A stretch of 64,000 nucleotides of DNA from Octopus vulgaris (Eukaryota), in NCBI GenBank assembly GCA_951406725.2, contig OX597823.1, positions 85,808,001 to 85,872,000 on the forward strand, given 5' to 3'. Below are positions 38,388 to 50,958 of the stretch, piece after piece. The first letter of the stretch is position 1. Every line of letters begins with the position of its first letter. The position numbers and the translations under genes were made by a program. Under the pieces are notes generated by a model. The model was not told the origin of the DNA. It ran no database searches and was given only the letters and a program-made list of their open reading frames with translations.

Positions 38388-39835
38388 CTTATATGAAAGA
38401 TAGATGTCAGGCAGTAGTGACAAATGGAGCCACCTCAATAAAAACACAAATAGTGAGCGGTGTTCGACAGGGCACTGTCTTGGGACCACTACTTTTCATA
38501 GTAGCCCTCTCAGATATGCCTTCAACTGCCCGGATAGCCACTCTTGCTAGCTACGCAGACGATACGAATGTCTCACAGAAAATACAGAACCTCAGCGATG
38601 TTGCACACCTGCAGCAGGAGTTGAACTCAGTTTACAGATGGACTGAGAATAATAATATGCAGTTTAACGATGAAAGATTTTAAGCCCTGCGCTACCAGCG
38701 TCCAAAACTAAATATAAAACTTACAAGGTACACTGTTCCACAGGGGATTGCAATTCCAGACACTAAATAAGTGAGGGACCTGGGTATCGACATGAGTGAT
38801 AATACCTCTTTTTAAGTGCGCATTACCAGGATGGCGATAAAGTGCAGACGACTGGTTAGATGGAGCCTGAGAATGTTCAGAACCAGGGAAAAGGAAGCCA
38901 TGATGGTCCTCTTGGGGACATTCGTCCTCAGCCACCTGGATTACTGCTCACAGCTATGGTCACCTACCAGTGTAAAATTAACAGCGGATCTTGAAACAAT
39001 TCAGCAAAGCTTCACAAAGAAGATATTCTCATTGCTGGAAAAGGCTGAAACAGCTAAAACTCTACTCCTTTGAGCGAAAGCGGAAGAGGTATACATTAAT
39101 ATACATCTGGAACATCCTGGAAGGAACTGAGCCAAATTCTGACATTGAAAGCTACACCAATGCCAGAACGGGTCGCCTCTGCACAGTACCAAAGACCCCA
39201 GCAATGTTATCGCACTTCAGAACCAGTTACTACAACAGCCTGGGTTTCAGATGCCCACAGCTTTTTTAATATTCTCCGAAAGAACCTGAGAGACCTACAC
39301 AAAGTGGATGTAGGTGTTTTCAAATCAAAATTTAACCTCTTCCTGTCGAGAGTTCCAGATGAACCTACCTCATGGCAAGGTGGAGGCACATGGCCTAGTG
39401 GTTAGAGCAGCGGATTCACGATCGAGAAATTGCGGGTTCGAATTTCAGACCGGGCAATGTGTGTGTTTATGAGCGAAACACCTAGGCTCCACGCAGCTCC
39501 GGTAGAGGGTGATGGCGAACTTCTGCTGACTCATTCGCCAGAACTTTCTCTCCCTCTTTCCTCCTGCATCTTGCAGCTCACTTGCGAATGACCAGCGTCC
39601 CGTCCAGGTGGGGAACTTATACGCCAAGGAAACCGGGAAACCGGCCCTTATGAGCTAGGCATGGCTCGAAATAGGAACCTCATGGCAAGAGGTGCAAATG
39701 AAAGTAGCGACATCAAATTCTCTTCTTCACCAAGTGCCACATATTAGATAAAGATCTCAGTAATAACCGTGTAACAAAACAGAGGTGCCCCTGCATGGCT
39801 ACAGCTTTGAGCTGAAACTACAAAAAGAAAAAAAA
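38388..39835 (+). pseudogene. Decayed LINE (CR1/L2-like) RT, 5'-truncated, with intact 3' tail, interrupted by a SINE
   Basis: SGVRQGTVLGPLLFIVALSDMP..SYADDT..LDYCSQLWSP..FLSRVPDEP; tail gaggtgcccctgcatggctacagctttgagctgaaac. Confidence 0.88.
39380..39676 (+). mobile_element. tRNA-derived SINE with 13-bp target-site duplication
   Basis: TSD acctcatggcaag at 39367-39379 and 39677-39689; A box tggcctagtgg, B box gggttcgaatt. Confidence 0.9.
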
Positions 39836-40311
39836 GAAAAGAACAAATTACGGAGAGAGAAAATCGCATCTTTAATTGTAGAATTCCCCTCACAAATTCG
39901 ACATTGTGTCTGCTGCGTCAATATATTTAGATATAAAAAATATCATTGAAATTTCTATATCCGAAATTTGGGAAGACACTAAAATATTTCAATTTTTAAT
40001 TACTTTTCATATGTTACATAATATGATCATAATTCTAATAAACAGATAGCTAATTGTCGTGAGTAATTAAGTTCTAATTGTCGTAACATAGAATCCTTAT
40101 GTAAATTTTCTAATTTTCGTTATCCACTGACGTCACTGAATGTTCAAAACAAAAGTAGCGTTTCTTAGATTATATTTCTTGGCGTACTTTTTCTATGAGT
40201 TCGTGTAGAGGAAATATTTCCATATTTCAAATTTACTTATTTTGGGTCACCTTGAAAATGCTATGTGTATTTTCAAACATATGAATTTCAATCATATTTT
40301 GTATGTCTAAA

Positions 40312-40710
40312 CTAGCAGTATCGCCCGGCGTTGCTCGGGTTTGTAAGGGAAATAACTATATAAGCATTTTTAGAGAGTTATAGCCTAAAAATAGCAAAAA
40401 AATGCATTAAAAATGGAAAAAAATTATGGTAAATTTTTTTTTAAATCGTTGACTCATCGTAGACATTTTTAGAGAGTTACTTCCCTTATATAATAGCGAA
40501 AAAATGCATTCAAATGGAAAAAAATGATGGTAATTTCTTTTTTAAATCGTAGACTCATCGTAGACGCAGGGTAATACCCAGAAGGGCTCGATATGAATCA
40601 CGACTATAAGATACCCGGTTTTGGTTAAACTGCACCGCAAAATGTGGGAGTAGTTAGGAATCTAAATCGTAGGAGACAGACACACACGACTTCACTTTTA
40701 TATATAAAGA
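40312..40710 (-). mobile_element. Non-autonomous Helitron (same family as 12863-13364)
   Basis: TC...CTAG termini between A and T; 3' hairpin. Confidence 0.88.
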
Positions 40711-41032
40711 TAGGTTGACACAACAGAAACAACAGTCGGTTTGAAAGGAAAATTCTGCGAAAGAACCTGCTATTAGGATGAGATTTTCTCTGTTCTTATT
40801 TTCTTATCTAATACTCTGAATTTTTCGAAATTCTTCAAAATGATGTTTGGATCTACTTTTCATACAGGACGCATTAGTTTGCATTTATTAAGTCTGTTTG
40901 ATATAGTTAACTAAATTCGTTTAAAACAGCTTTATTGATAACAGCCTGGACTTTTTAATCCCTTTTAATTCTTGTACACAGACACAAAGACACAGACACA
41001 CACACACACACACACATGCACACATGCACACA

Positions 41033-41135
<103 letters not shown>

Positions 41136-41550
41136 AAGTGTGAACCAATTCAGAGATAGAAACATGTGAAATTCACTTACTTCTCTGCAAATTGTACGTA
41201 AAAATTATGAACAAGCTTACTTGATTTTCGACACTTATTGGGGTCTCATCAGATGTCTCCGCACGTATATTTAAATAATATACGCACACACACATACGCA
41301 CGCGCACACACACACACACACACACAACATGCACGCACAACATACATATATATATGTATACGACGGTCTTCTTCAAGCTTCCGTTCACCAAAAGTCCACT
41401 CACAAGTCTTTGGTCGGTTCAAGGTTGTACATGAAGACACTTCCCGAACGTGTCAGGCAGCGGGACTGAACGAGAAAACATGTGGCTGAGAAAACACCAC
41501 ATATCCACCACGCATGCATATATAGCAAACTACTTACCACATATACACCA

Positions 41551-41634
<84 letters not shown>

Positions 41635-41639
41635 GTATA

Positions 41640-41835
41640 TATTCTTTTTATTCTTTTATTTATTCAGTAGTCCTGTAGTGGAGCAAATCGACCCCAGGAC
41701 TTATTATTTATTAGCCTAGTGCTTATTCTATCGGGCTCTTTTGCCGAACCGCTGTTGACGGGGACGTAAAGACACCTGCATCGATTATCAGGCGATATTG
41801 GGCGGACAAACACACACACACACACACACATATAT

Positions 41836-41866
<31 letters not shown>

Positions 41867-41967
41867 CACGACGGGCTTCTTTCAGTTTCTGTCTCCCAAA
41901 TCCACTCACAAGGCTTTGGTCGGCCCGAAGCTATAGTAGAAGACACTTGCCCAAGGCGCCACACAGT
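41640..41967 (-). mobile_element. SINE family A fragment
   Basis: Family motifs gacgggcttctttcagttt and ttttgccgaaccgc. Confidence 0.75.
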
Positions 41968-41968
41968 G

Positions 41969-42027
<59 letters not shown>

Positions 42028-42093
42028 CGTGATTGTGTGTGTATGTGCATGTGTGCGTGTGTTTGTATATATGTATGAGAGAGAGAGAAAGAG

Positions 42094-42166
<73 letters not shown>

Positions 42167-42167
<1 letters not shown>

Positions 42168-42726
42168 GTTTCTTTATTGGCCACACAGGGCTGCACACAG
42201 ATGGGACAAATTACAAGGTACAGCTTTTCTTTTGGGGGCTGAGAAAAACAAAAAACAAAAAAACAAAAGAAACAAAAAAAAAAGAAAGTGGCGTAGGTTT
42301 TCGATCAAAAGGGATCGTCAAAAGAGAAAAAAAGGAAAAGAAACAAAAGAAAAGAAAAAGGAAAAAAGAAGAAAGAAGAGGAAAAAAGGCGAAGAGGCAA
42401 AAAAACAAAAAAAAAACGATCACTAGGGATCGTGTATCACAGTGTCATGATGTACGGTGTAAAGGGGGAAGCGGATGAAGTTTATCCGTGGGAAGAAAAG
42501 CCTACGAAAAATACCACGATAACCTCGGTCAATATTGTTATATGTTACCACATTTGTTTGCAAGTGGGTAACCCTCTGTTTTCAATTTCTGGGTTCATAG
42601 GATTATGCTCAAGGTGGCTTCGTCATTCATACGTGCCATCCTTGCTACATTCACCCATCTTTTTTTAAAACATTCGCTAGACAAAACTTGCCTCTCTACT
42701 CTCACTTTCCTTTTCAAGTGGTACTT
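42167..42726 (-). mobile_element. 5'-truncated Tx1/L1-like LINE 3' end inside (GATA)n
   Basis: C-terminal peptide KYHLKRKVRVERQVLSSECFKKRWVNVARM..IL* followed by a T-rich 3' UTR ending ggccaataaagaaa; GATA repeats on both sides. Confidence 0.65.
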
Positions 42727-42949
42727 GATAGATAGACAGATAGATAGATAGATAGATACATACATACATACATACATACATACATACATACATACATACA
42801 TACATACATACATACATACATACGTACATAGATTGATAGATAGATAAATTTATGTAACCTTTATGCATGCTTCGAAGCTATCCTTCGGGACCAAATATTA
42901 TCTATAAATTTGCTAGTTTATTGTGTTCTCACAGAAGGCAACTAGTGTT

Positions 42950-43157
42950 CCTTTACTTTTTGCTTGTTTCAAGCATTTGACTGGGGCCATGATGGAGCAC
43001 CGCCTTTCATCTCCAGGACTTATTCTTTGTAAGTCTAGTACTTATTTTATTGGTCAGTTTTGGCGAACCGCTAAGTTACGGAAACGTAAACATACCAATA
43101 TCGGTTGTTAAGTGAAGGTAGAAGGACAAACACAGGCACACAGATACATACATACAT

Positions 43158-43255
<98 letters not shown>

Positions 43256-43422
43256 CTAATTATAAATATATATATTTTTAAGCTTAGTATGTATTCTATC
43301 GGTCGCTTTTGCCGAACCACTGGGTGATGGGGACGTAAACACACCGGCATTGATTATCAGGCGATATTGGGCGAACAAACAGACACACGCAAACATACAC
43401 ACACACACACACACAAACAAAT

Positions 43423-43465
<43 letters not shown>

Positions 43466-44175
43466 CACGACAGTCTTCTTTTAGTTTCCGTCTACCAAAT
43501 CCACTTACAAGTTTATACACACAACGGGCTTCTTTCAGTATCCGTCTGTCAAATTCACTCTTAAGGCTCTGGTCGGCTCGAGGCCATAATACAAGACACT
43601 TGCTCAAGGTGCCACGCAGTGGGACTGAACTTTGTACCATATGGTTGGGAAGCAAGCTTCTTACCACATAGCGACGCCTGCACTGATGTCTATAAAATTG
43701 AATTGAATGCTGCTTTTGTTGATCCCACCAACAATCGGTGGCTGTGTTTACTTCCCAACCACAAGTTTGTGGTTCTAAACCAGTACATGGCACCTTGAAC
43801 TAGTACCATCTACTATAACCTTGGGCCGACCGCAACCTTGTGAGTGAATTTGACATTTGTGTATGTTTATGTGAGCGTGCATGTGTACATGTGGGTATTT
43901 GTGTGTGGGGTGATTTGTGTGTGTGTGGTTTGGTATTTGCATATGTGTCTGTGTCTATGTTTGTCCTCCACCACCGCTTAACAACTGGTGTGGATGTTTT
44001 TACGGTCCTGTAACTTAGCAGTTCAGCAGAAAAGGCTAATAGATTAAGTTCCAGGCTTTAAAAAAAAAACAAAAAAAAACTTACGTACTGGGTTCGCGAA
44101 TCATTCGAATAAAAATTCTCCAAGGCAGAGATCCAGCATGGCCGCAGTCTAATAACTGGAGCAATTAGAAGATAA
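42950..44175. mobile_element. Cluster of degenerate SINE family A copies in both orientations
   Basis: Family motifs at 42950-43130 (-), 43275-43680 (-) and 43735-44175 (+). Confidence 0.75.
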
Positions 44176-44925
44176 AAGATGTGGGCGCGCGTGTGTGTGT
44201 GTGTCTGTACGTGTGTGAATGTGTGTGTATAATCGTATGAATGAATATGGCGCACAAGCTCTCATCCATCCAAACGCATAAAGATATTTCAGCGGGAAAC
44301 TTAACAAGCAGTACATACATAAAGGCATCCATGCATGCATGGATACAGCATTTCATACATCATAATACACACATAAATACAAGCAAATGTACATAAATGT
44401 GTAAATACATGCAGAAGCACATACACACACACATACATACATACATACATACATACATAAATCCATACATATATACATGCAGGCATACATATATACATAC
44501 ATACATACATACATACATACATACATAAATCCATACATATATACATGCAGACATACATACATACATACATACATACATACATACATAAATCCATACATAT
44601 ATACATGCAGACATACATATATACATACATACATCCATACATATATACATGCAGACATACATATATACATACATACATACATACATACAAACATGCAGAC
44701 ATACATATATACGTACATACATACATACATACATACATACAGGCATACATACATACATACTAATCCCGTGCATATACCATTCATGCCCGTACAAGTCTGT
44801 CATTCTCGTTTGAATTGCTCAAACATAGCCATTGTGATAATAGAGTGTAAAAGGTGTATATATGTATACATATAAATACGTTTATGTATAGAAGCACACA
44901 TACACACACACAAACACACAAACAT

Positions 44926-45000
<75 letters not shown>

Positions 45001-45015
45001 TTATACACATGTACG

Positions 45016-45055
<40 letters not shown>

Positions 45056-45145
45056 CACACATATATATATGCATATTCTTTTCCTTTACTTGTTTCAATC
45101 ATTTGAGTGCGACTATGCTGGAGCACCGCCTTGAAAAATATAGAG

Positions 45146-45218
45146 TTTCCATGCCGGGAATCGAACCCCGGGCCGCCTGAGTAAAAGCCAGGAATCCCAC
45201 CCACTAGACCACATGGAA
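45146..45218 (-). tRNA. tRNA-Glu-like sequence with TTT anticodon (probable pseudogene)
   Basis: Acceptor stem ttccatg/catggaa; anticodon arm cctgg-cttttac-tcagg; T arm ccggg(g)ttcgattcccgg with one extra G. Confidence 0.7.
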
Positions 45219-45261
45219 TAAATATAAAAATATGTATACATACACACACACATACGCATTG

Positions 45262-45535
45262 GTACTCCGTCGGCTACGACGACGAGTGTTCCACTTGATC
45301 TCATCAACGGAACAGCCTGGTCGTTCTCTGAGAATCCCACAGACAAGTGCACCTTTAACGTAGTTTTCAGGGAGATTCGTCGTGACACAGATTCTGACAA
45401 GGTTCAGCCCTTGAAATGCAGGTACTACTCATTTTTGCCAGCTGAGTGGATTGGAGCAACGCCAAATTAAATGCCTTGCTGAAGGACGCAATGCCCAGTC
45501 TGGAATCGAACACACAACCTTGCGATAGTGAGCTA
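45262..45535 (-). mobile_element. Degenerate SINE family C
   Basis: Matches 866-1145 and 34191-34566. Confidence 0.75.
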
Positions 45536-46068
45536 CAAATCGTTCGTTTTTTTTTTTTTTACGTTTATTTTATTCGTTCCCAATGTTATTAGAATTGACA
45601 AGAGTTCGTTAACCGTTGCCTGTTTGTGGTCTTTTGTAGTTCTGTTCTTCATGGTTATTTGAAATTTGAATAAATTTTAGTTTATTCCTAGCACATATCG
45701 GTAGAGTGCCATTTAGAGAGAGATAAAAAAAAAAAAGAAAATGACACGATAGCACTAGATCCCTTTCGGTCTCGAACAATCATGAGATTGCACCAAAACA
45801 GTTCCCCTCTGATGCTCAAGCCTGGGCAAGATTGTTTGTGGAAGTCTGCAATCGCCCATGCATACCAGTCTCCCCTCTCCATTGTTAATTTTCTCATTGT
45901 TAAATAGAATTTCATCAAACAATTCCTGTCATTTATGGCTTTACATTCCTAATCGTTTTCTCTTGTAGCGTACGTTTTGTACTGTATATGTTTTGTAGAA
46001 TCATATATTTAAGGAAATATTTATATCAGTACAACTCGATTACTTAAATCCATATATTATGACTTTAA

Positions 46069-46124
<56 letters not shown>

Positions 46125-46134
<10 letters not shown>

Positions 46135-46482
46135 TAAATTAGAGATAAAACCACTATTAGGCAAATCAAACAATGAAAAACTTAAGCCAGTACATAAAAT
46201 TAATTGATTTATATTATTTTAAATATATATCAAAAGTATTAAGAGTTTAATAAAAGATAATGAGTAACTCATTATCTTTTATCAAACTTTTAATACTTTT
46301 GATATATATTTAAAATAATATAAGTTAATTAATTTTATGTATTGGCTTAAGTTTTTCATTGTTTGATTTGCCTAATAGTGGTTTTATCTCTAATTTAATA
46401 TAATATAATATTTTACTATAAAATTGGATTCAATTCTAAATCTGATTTTTCCCTGTAAGTTTGGATTTATTCCCTAATATTT

Positions 46483-46490
<8 letters not shown>
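46125..46490. repeat. Near-perfect palindrome (about 140-bp arms, centre 46266) in (TA)n
   Basis: gataatgagt-a-actcattatc centre; arm also resembles 12250-12300. Confidence 0.9.
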
Positions 46491-46529
<39 letters not shown>

Positions 46530-46532
<3 letters not shown>

Positions 46533-46740
46533 TCTTTTACTTGTTTCAGTCATTTGACTGCGGCCATGCTGGAGCACCGCCTTTAGTCGAGCAAGTCGAC
46601 ACCAGGAATTATTCTTTATAAGACTAGTACTTATTCTATCGGTCTATTTTGCCGAACCGCTAAGTTGCGGGGACGTAAACACACCAGCATCGGTTGTTAA
46701 GCGATGTTGGGGGAGGGGGCAAACATGGACACACAAACAC
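46530..46740 (-). mobile_element. SINE family A 3' half
   Basis: Family tail motifs. Confidence 0.8.
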
Positions 46741-46750
46741 ACACACACCA

Positions 46751-46806
<56 letters not shown>

Positions 46807-47502
46807 AGCAAATATTCGAATGCTTACATTCGAAATATGATATGATATTACTATTGTTAGTATTATCTGTGGTGAATATTTTTAATTGATAATATTAACA
46901 ATAGAAACATAGACGGTTTCAGGTTTGATAGCATTATATAGATATAAAATTAAAAATTAACACGAAGCGTAAGGATGCGCGAAGCATCAACCTGTTTAGA
47001 AATAGAAGTTAAAGTCCCAATTCAATCGCCAAAATAAATAAATAAAATAAGAGTAAGCGAGGAAATGGTGGGGACATTAACTCTTATGTCTAAACAGGTT
47101 GATGCTTTGCGCATCCTTATGATTCGGGCTAATTTCTAATATTTATATGAATAAATATGTGCTTAAAATTTAATGGCAATCAACGTACAATGACTAATGA
47201 AAATAGTCTAATAAAGGGGCATATAAGCCCTCGACAGGAAAAAGAAGGCCTTCCTATCCGCGTGTGAATCGAACCCACATGTCTTTGTTAGACTATTTTC
47301 CTTAGTCATTTCACGGTGAACACCATATCCTTTAAGCTTATATAAAAATACCATTATTATTCTTTACAGGATTGTAAACTCAGCGCTGTATATACAAAAA
47401 AAACCATTCGCACCGAATATATGCGTATATATATATACATACACATATATATATAATACAAAGTAAGATAGGGGTTATGGATGTAACCCACTATGGGATA
47501 TC

Positions 47503-47561
<59 letters not shown>

Positions 47562-47684
47562 TCGTGACGTATATTTGCCATTTGAATATGGCTAACCACT
47601 AAGGGTGGATGCTACTGTAGTTTGTAGCCCCAGGAGGACACCTCCTCCAGCTGGCTATAGACACACTTTCTGTGCCCTCTCAGT

Positions 47685-47735
<51 letters not shown>

Positions 47736-49438
47736 CTCACACACTCATGTTTTGACTTCTATTTTTCTTGTCTGCATCACCAAACTTGTAGATATAGATA
47801 TAGGTATACATATAAATATAGATATCACTGCCATTTTTAAACACTAGATATGATTTATATTTTATTTCTCGTAATTTCTCCGTATAGCTTCAAACTTGGA
47901 AGGAAATGTTTTCCGTGTGTTTTCCGTCCTGCTTCGCCGCATGATACCACTGTGTTTCATACCTCATTATGATTATGTTCCCATCTTACAGTAGCACATC
48001 TTTTGCTCACAGCTAGAAGAAAAGAAAAGAAAAAATGGCAGATTATAAGAATGAAATATATTTGAGTAATATTAGCATTTAACATAAACTGTAGATAAAT
48101 AATTAAATTATTTGTAAATAACTATAAACATGTGAATGAGTGGGGGTGCCTTTGTGTGTGTGTGTGTGTGTGTGTGCGTGCCTTGGCAGGTAGGTAGGTA
48201 CTCATGGGTTAAAGCCAATAAAGAACCATTAAAAAATTGGGTTATCTCCCCACTGAAAAGTTGAGTTTATGAGACGGCAAAAGATTGGGTTAAAAGGGTT
48301 AAATCCTTTTGATTCAATAAATCACGATATTGTTGACTTTCGGCTTCCTAAATAGGTATGATTTGTTACAAAAATGTTATTAGATTCAACAAGATGCTTA
48401 ATATTTTCAGTATGAAAAGTCCTCCCTAAGTTTCACGCTTCCATCTCTGAAAATGAAACGAAACATTAGATGTAATGTTAGATAAGTCGGTACATTTTGG
48501 TTATGTCCCCTGTCTGTTTTAGGAAAAATATCAGTACTTTTGGTTATCTCCCCAACTACAAAAAATTGTTTAACCCTCAATAAAACAAAGAAAAAAAAAT
48601 GAAAATTTAATAAACATGAATCTCTGCTTTCCCCGACGAAGGAGCCCGATCAGAAACTGTGGTTATATCGTATCTCATCATTCAACCCACGCAGCCTATA
48701 TATAGTCACGTAATTTGCTAGAAATAGCAGAGGAATTTCTCTTAATATACACCTTACTATATCGAAAAGCATGATGTGTTTAGTAATGCAGTCTGGACGA
48801 TACTATTCCAGAAAAAAGGTTTGGCTCGAGTTTTCATGCCCTTGATCATAGTTCTGCTTGATTAGAGCGAACTTGGATCTAGACAATAAGAACGGCAACA
48901 GCGACAACTCATAAATAAATAACTCAACGATGAAGAATCTATACAAAAATAGCAGCCAAATGTTACCCAAATCAAACCCTCCCTATAACCACAACTGGAT
49001 TGCCTTTACTCATAGGTCAGCTGGGTCATAGCTGACTGATATGCCTATATTTCAGGGACCTGCCGCCTGGGTGGGCAAGGTAGGCACTGCCTACCTTGAA
49101 TAAAATATGCACCTAACATAAATAAATGCGCCTTTTTAAAGCCTGGGCAGGCTCATGGGCCCGATTTCCCGTTTTCAATGGCGTATGTGTTCCCCAGCTG
49201 GACGGTGACGCCAGTCCATCGCAGCGTTACTCATTTTTTGCCAGCTGAGTGGATTGGAGCAACGTGAAATGAAGTGTTTTGCTCAAGAACACAACGCGTC
49301 GCCCAGTCCAGGAATCAAAACCACAATCTTACGATCATGGTGCTGACACCCTAACCACTAACCCACGCGCCTCCACAAAATATGCACCTAAGTCAGTAAA
49401 ATTATGAAGGTTACTCTGATTATTTTGCATAAAATGCA

Positions 49439-49511
<73 letters not shown>

Positions 49512-49710
49512 AGATTAGGTGGGCATAATTCGCCCCTGCTTTTCAATCTCGGTATTTAAGCTACATATTTTCTTTACGTGCTATAAAGGCAGAAGCAAAT
49601 CTGCCTTCAACTCAGTCGGGCGCCTGTGCTTCGATAATTTTTTAATGGTCACCGGCTGTCCACTCTGAGTAATTACTGACAGTACGTGCCTGCTATATTT
49701 GTTTCGATGT

Positions 49711-50187
49711 GGAGGCGCAATGGCCCAGTGGTTAGGGCAGCGGACTCGCGGTCGGAGGATCGCGGTTTCGATTCCCAGACCGGGCGTTGTGAGTGTTTAT
49801 TGAGCGAAAACACCTAAAGCTCCACGAAGCTCTGACAGGGGGGGGGCACCCCTGTTGTACTCTTTTGTCTCAACTTTCTCTCACTCCACTCTTACTTCCT
49901 GTTTCTGTTGTACCTGTATTTCAAGGGGCCGGCCTTGTCACTCTCTGTGTCACGCTGAATATATGTATATATATATATATTAGTGTGTGTGTATATCTTT
50001 GTGTTTGTCCCCCAATGCTGGTGTGTTTACGTCCCCGTCACTTAGCGGTTCGGCAAAAAAGACCGATAGAATAAGTACTGGGCTTACAAAGAATAAGTCC
50101 CGGGGTCGATTTGCTCGACTAAAGGCGGTGCTCCAGTATGGCCGCAGTCAAATGACTGAAACAAGTAAAAGAGTAAAGAGTAAAGAG
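49711..50187 (+). mobile_element. Chimera: SINE C 5' part + SINE A 3' part
   Basis: C head and body 49711-49961, short TA/TG spacer, A tail about 50000-50187. Confidence 0.8.
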
Positions 50188-50454
50188 TATATCACTGCCC
50201 ATGCGCGGATTTACAGGTCTGTTTGGGCAGGAGGATAAACAGATGAAAGACGCAGTTAGAACCACGAAGGATCAAACATATACATATTCATATATGCTTA
50301 TACAAGCCAGGAAGCTACCTAGCGGCAAAGGTGCACAGACTGTCTTTTGTGTGTATGTGTGTGTGTGTGTTTATGATTATGTGCATATGTATTTATGTAT
50401 ATGTATATATGCTTATGCTTAGGTACACACGCACACACACACACACACACACAT

Positions 50455-50490
<36 letters not shown>

Positions 50491-50529
50491 GAATGTATGC
50501 ATGTATACATATGTATGTATATATATATA

Positions 50530-50763
50530 TATTTCTTTATTACCCACAAGGTGCTAAACATAGAGGGGATAAACAAGGACAGACAACCGGATTAAGTCGA
50601 TTACATCGAACCCGCAGTGCGAAACTGGTACTTTATTTATCGACCCCGAAAGGATGAAAGGTAAAGTCGACCTCGGCGGAATTTGAACTCAGAACGTAAC
50701 GACAGACGAAATACCGCTAAGCATTTCGCCCGGCGCGCTAACGAGTCTGCCAGCACGCCGCCT
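50530..50763 (-). mobile_element. SINE family B, full length
   Basis: Reverse complement of 58889-59118. Confidence 0.85.
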
Positions 50764-50917
50764 TTATATATATGTATATATATATATATATATATGTATG
50801 TATATATATGTGTATGTATATATATGTATATATATATGTATATGTACATATATGTATATACATATATATGTGTTTATATATATGTAATATATATATAATA
50901 TATATAATATATATATG

Positions 50918-50958
<41 letters not shown>

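Noticed and set aside
48415-48490. 70-bp match to 51890-51960 as LTR or TSD boundaries
   Set aside because: No coherent element between them; more likely two fragments of a dispersed repeat.
48630-48670. Hammerhead at ccgacga..gaaac
   Set aside because: No convincing stem I or II pairing.
49711-49785. SINE heads as tRNA genes
   Set aside because: They have A/B boxes but no closed acceptor stem and run into repeat bodies.
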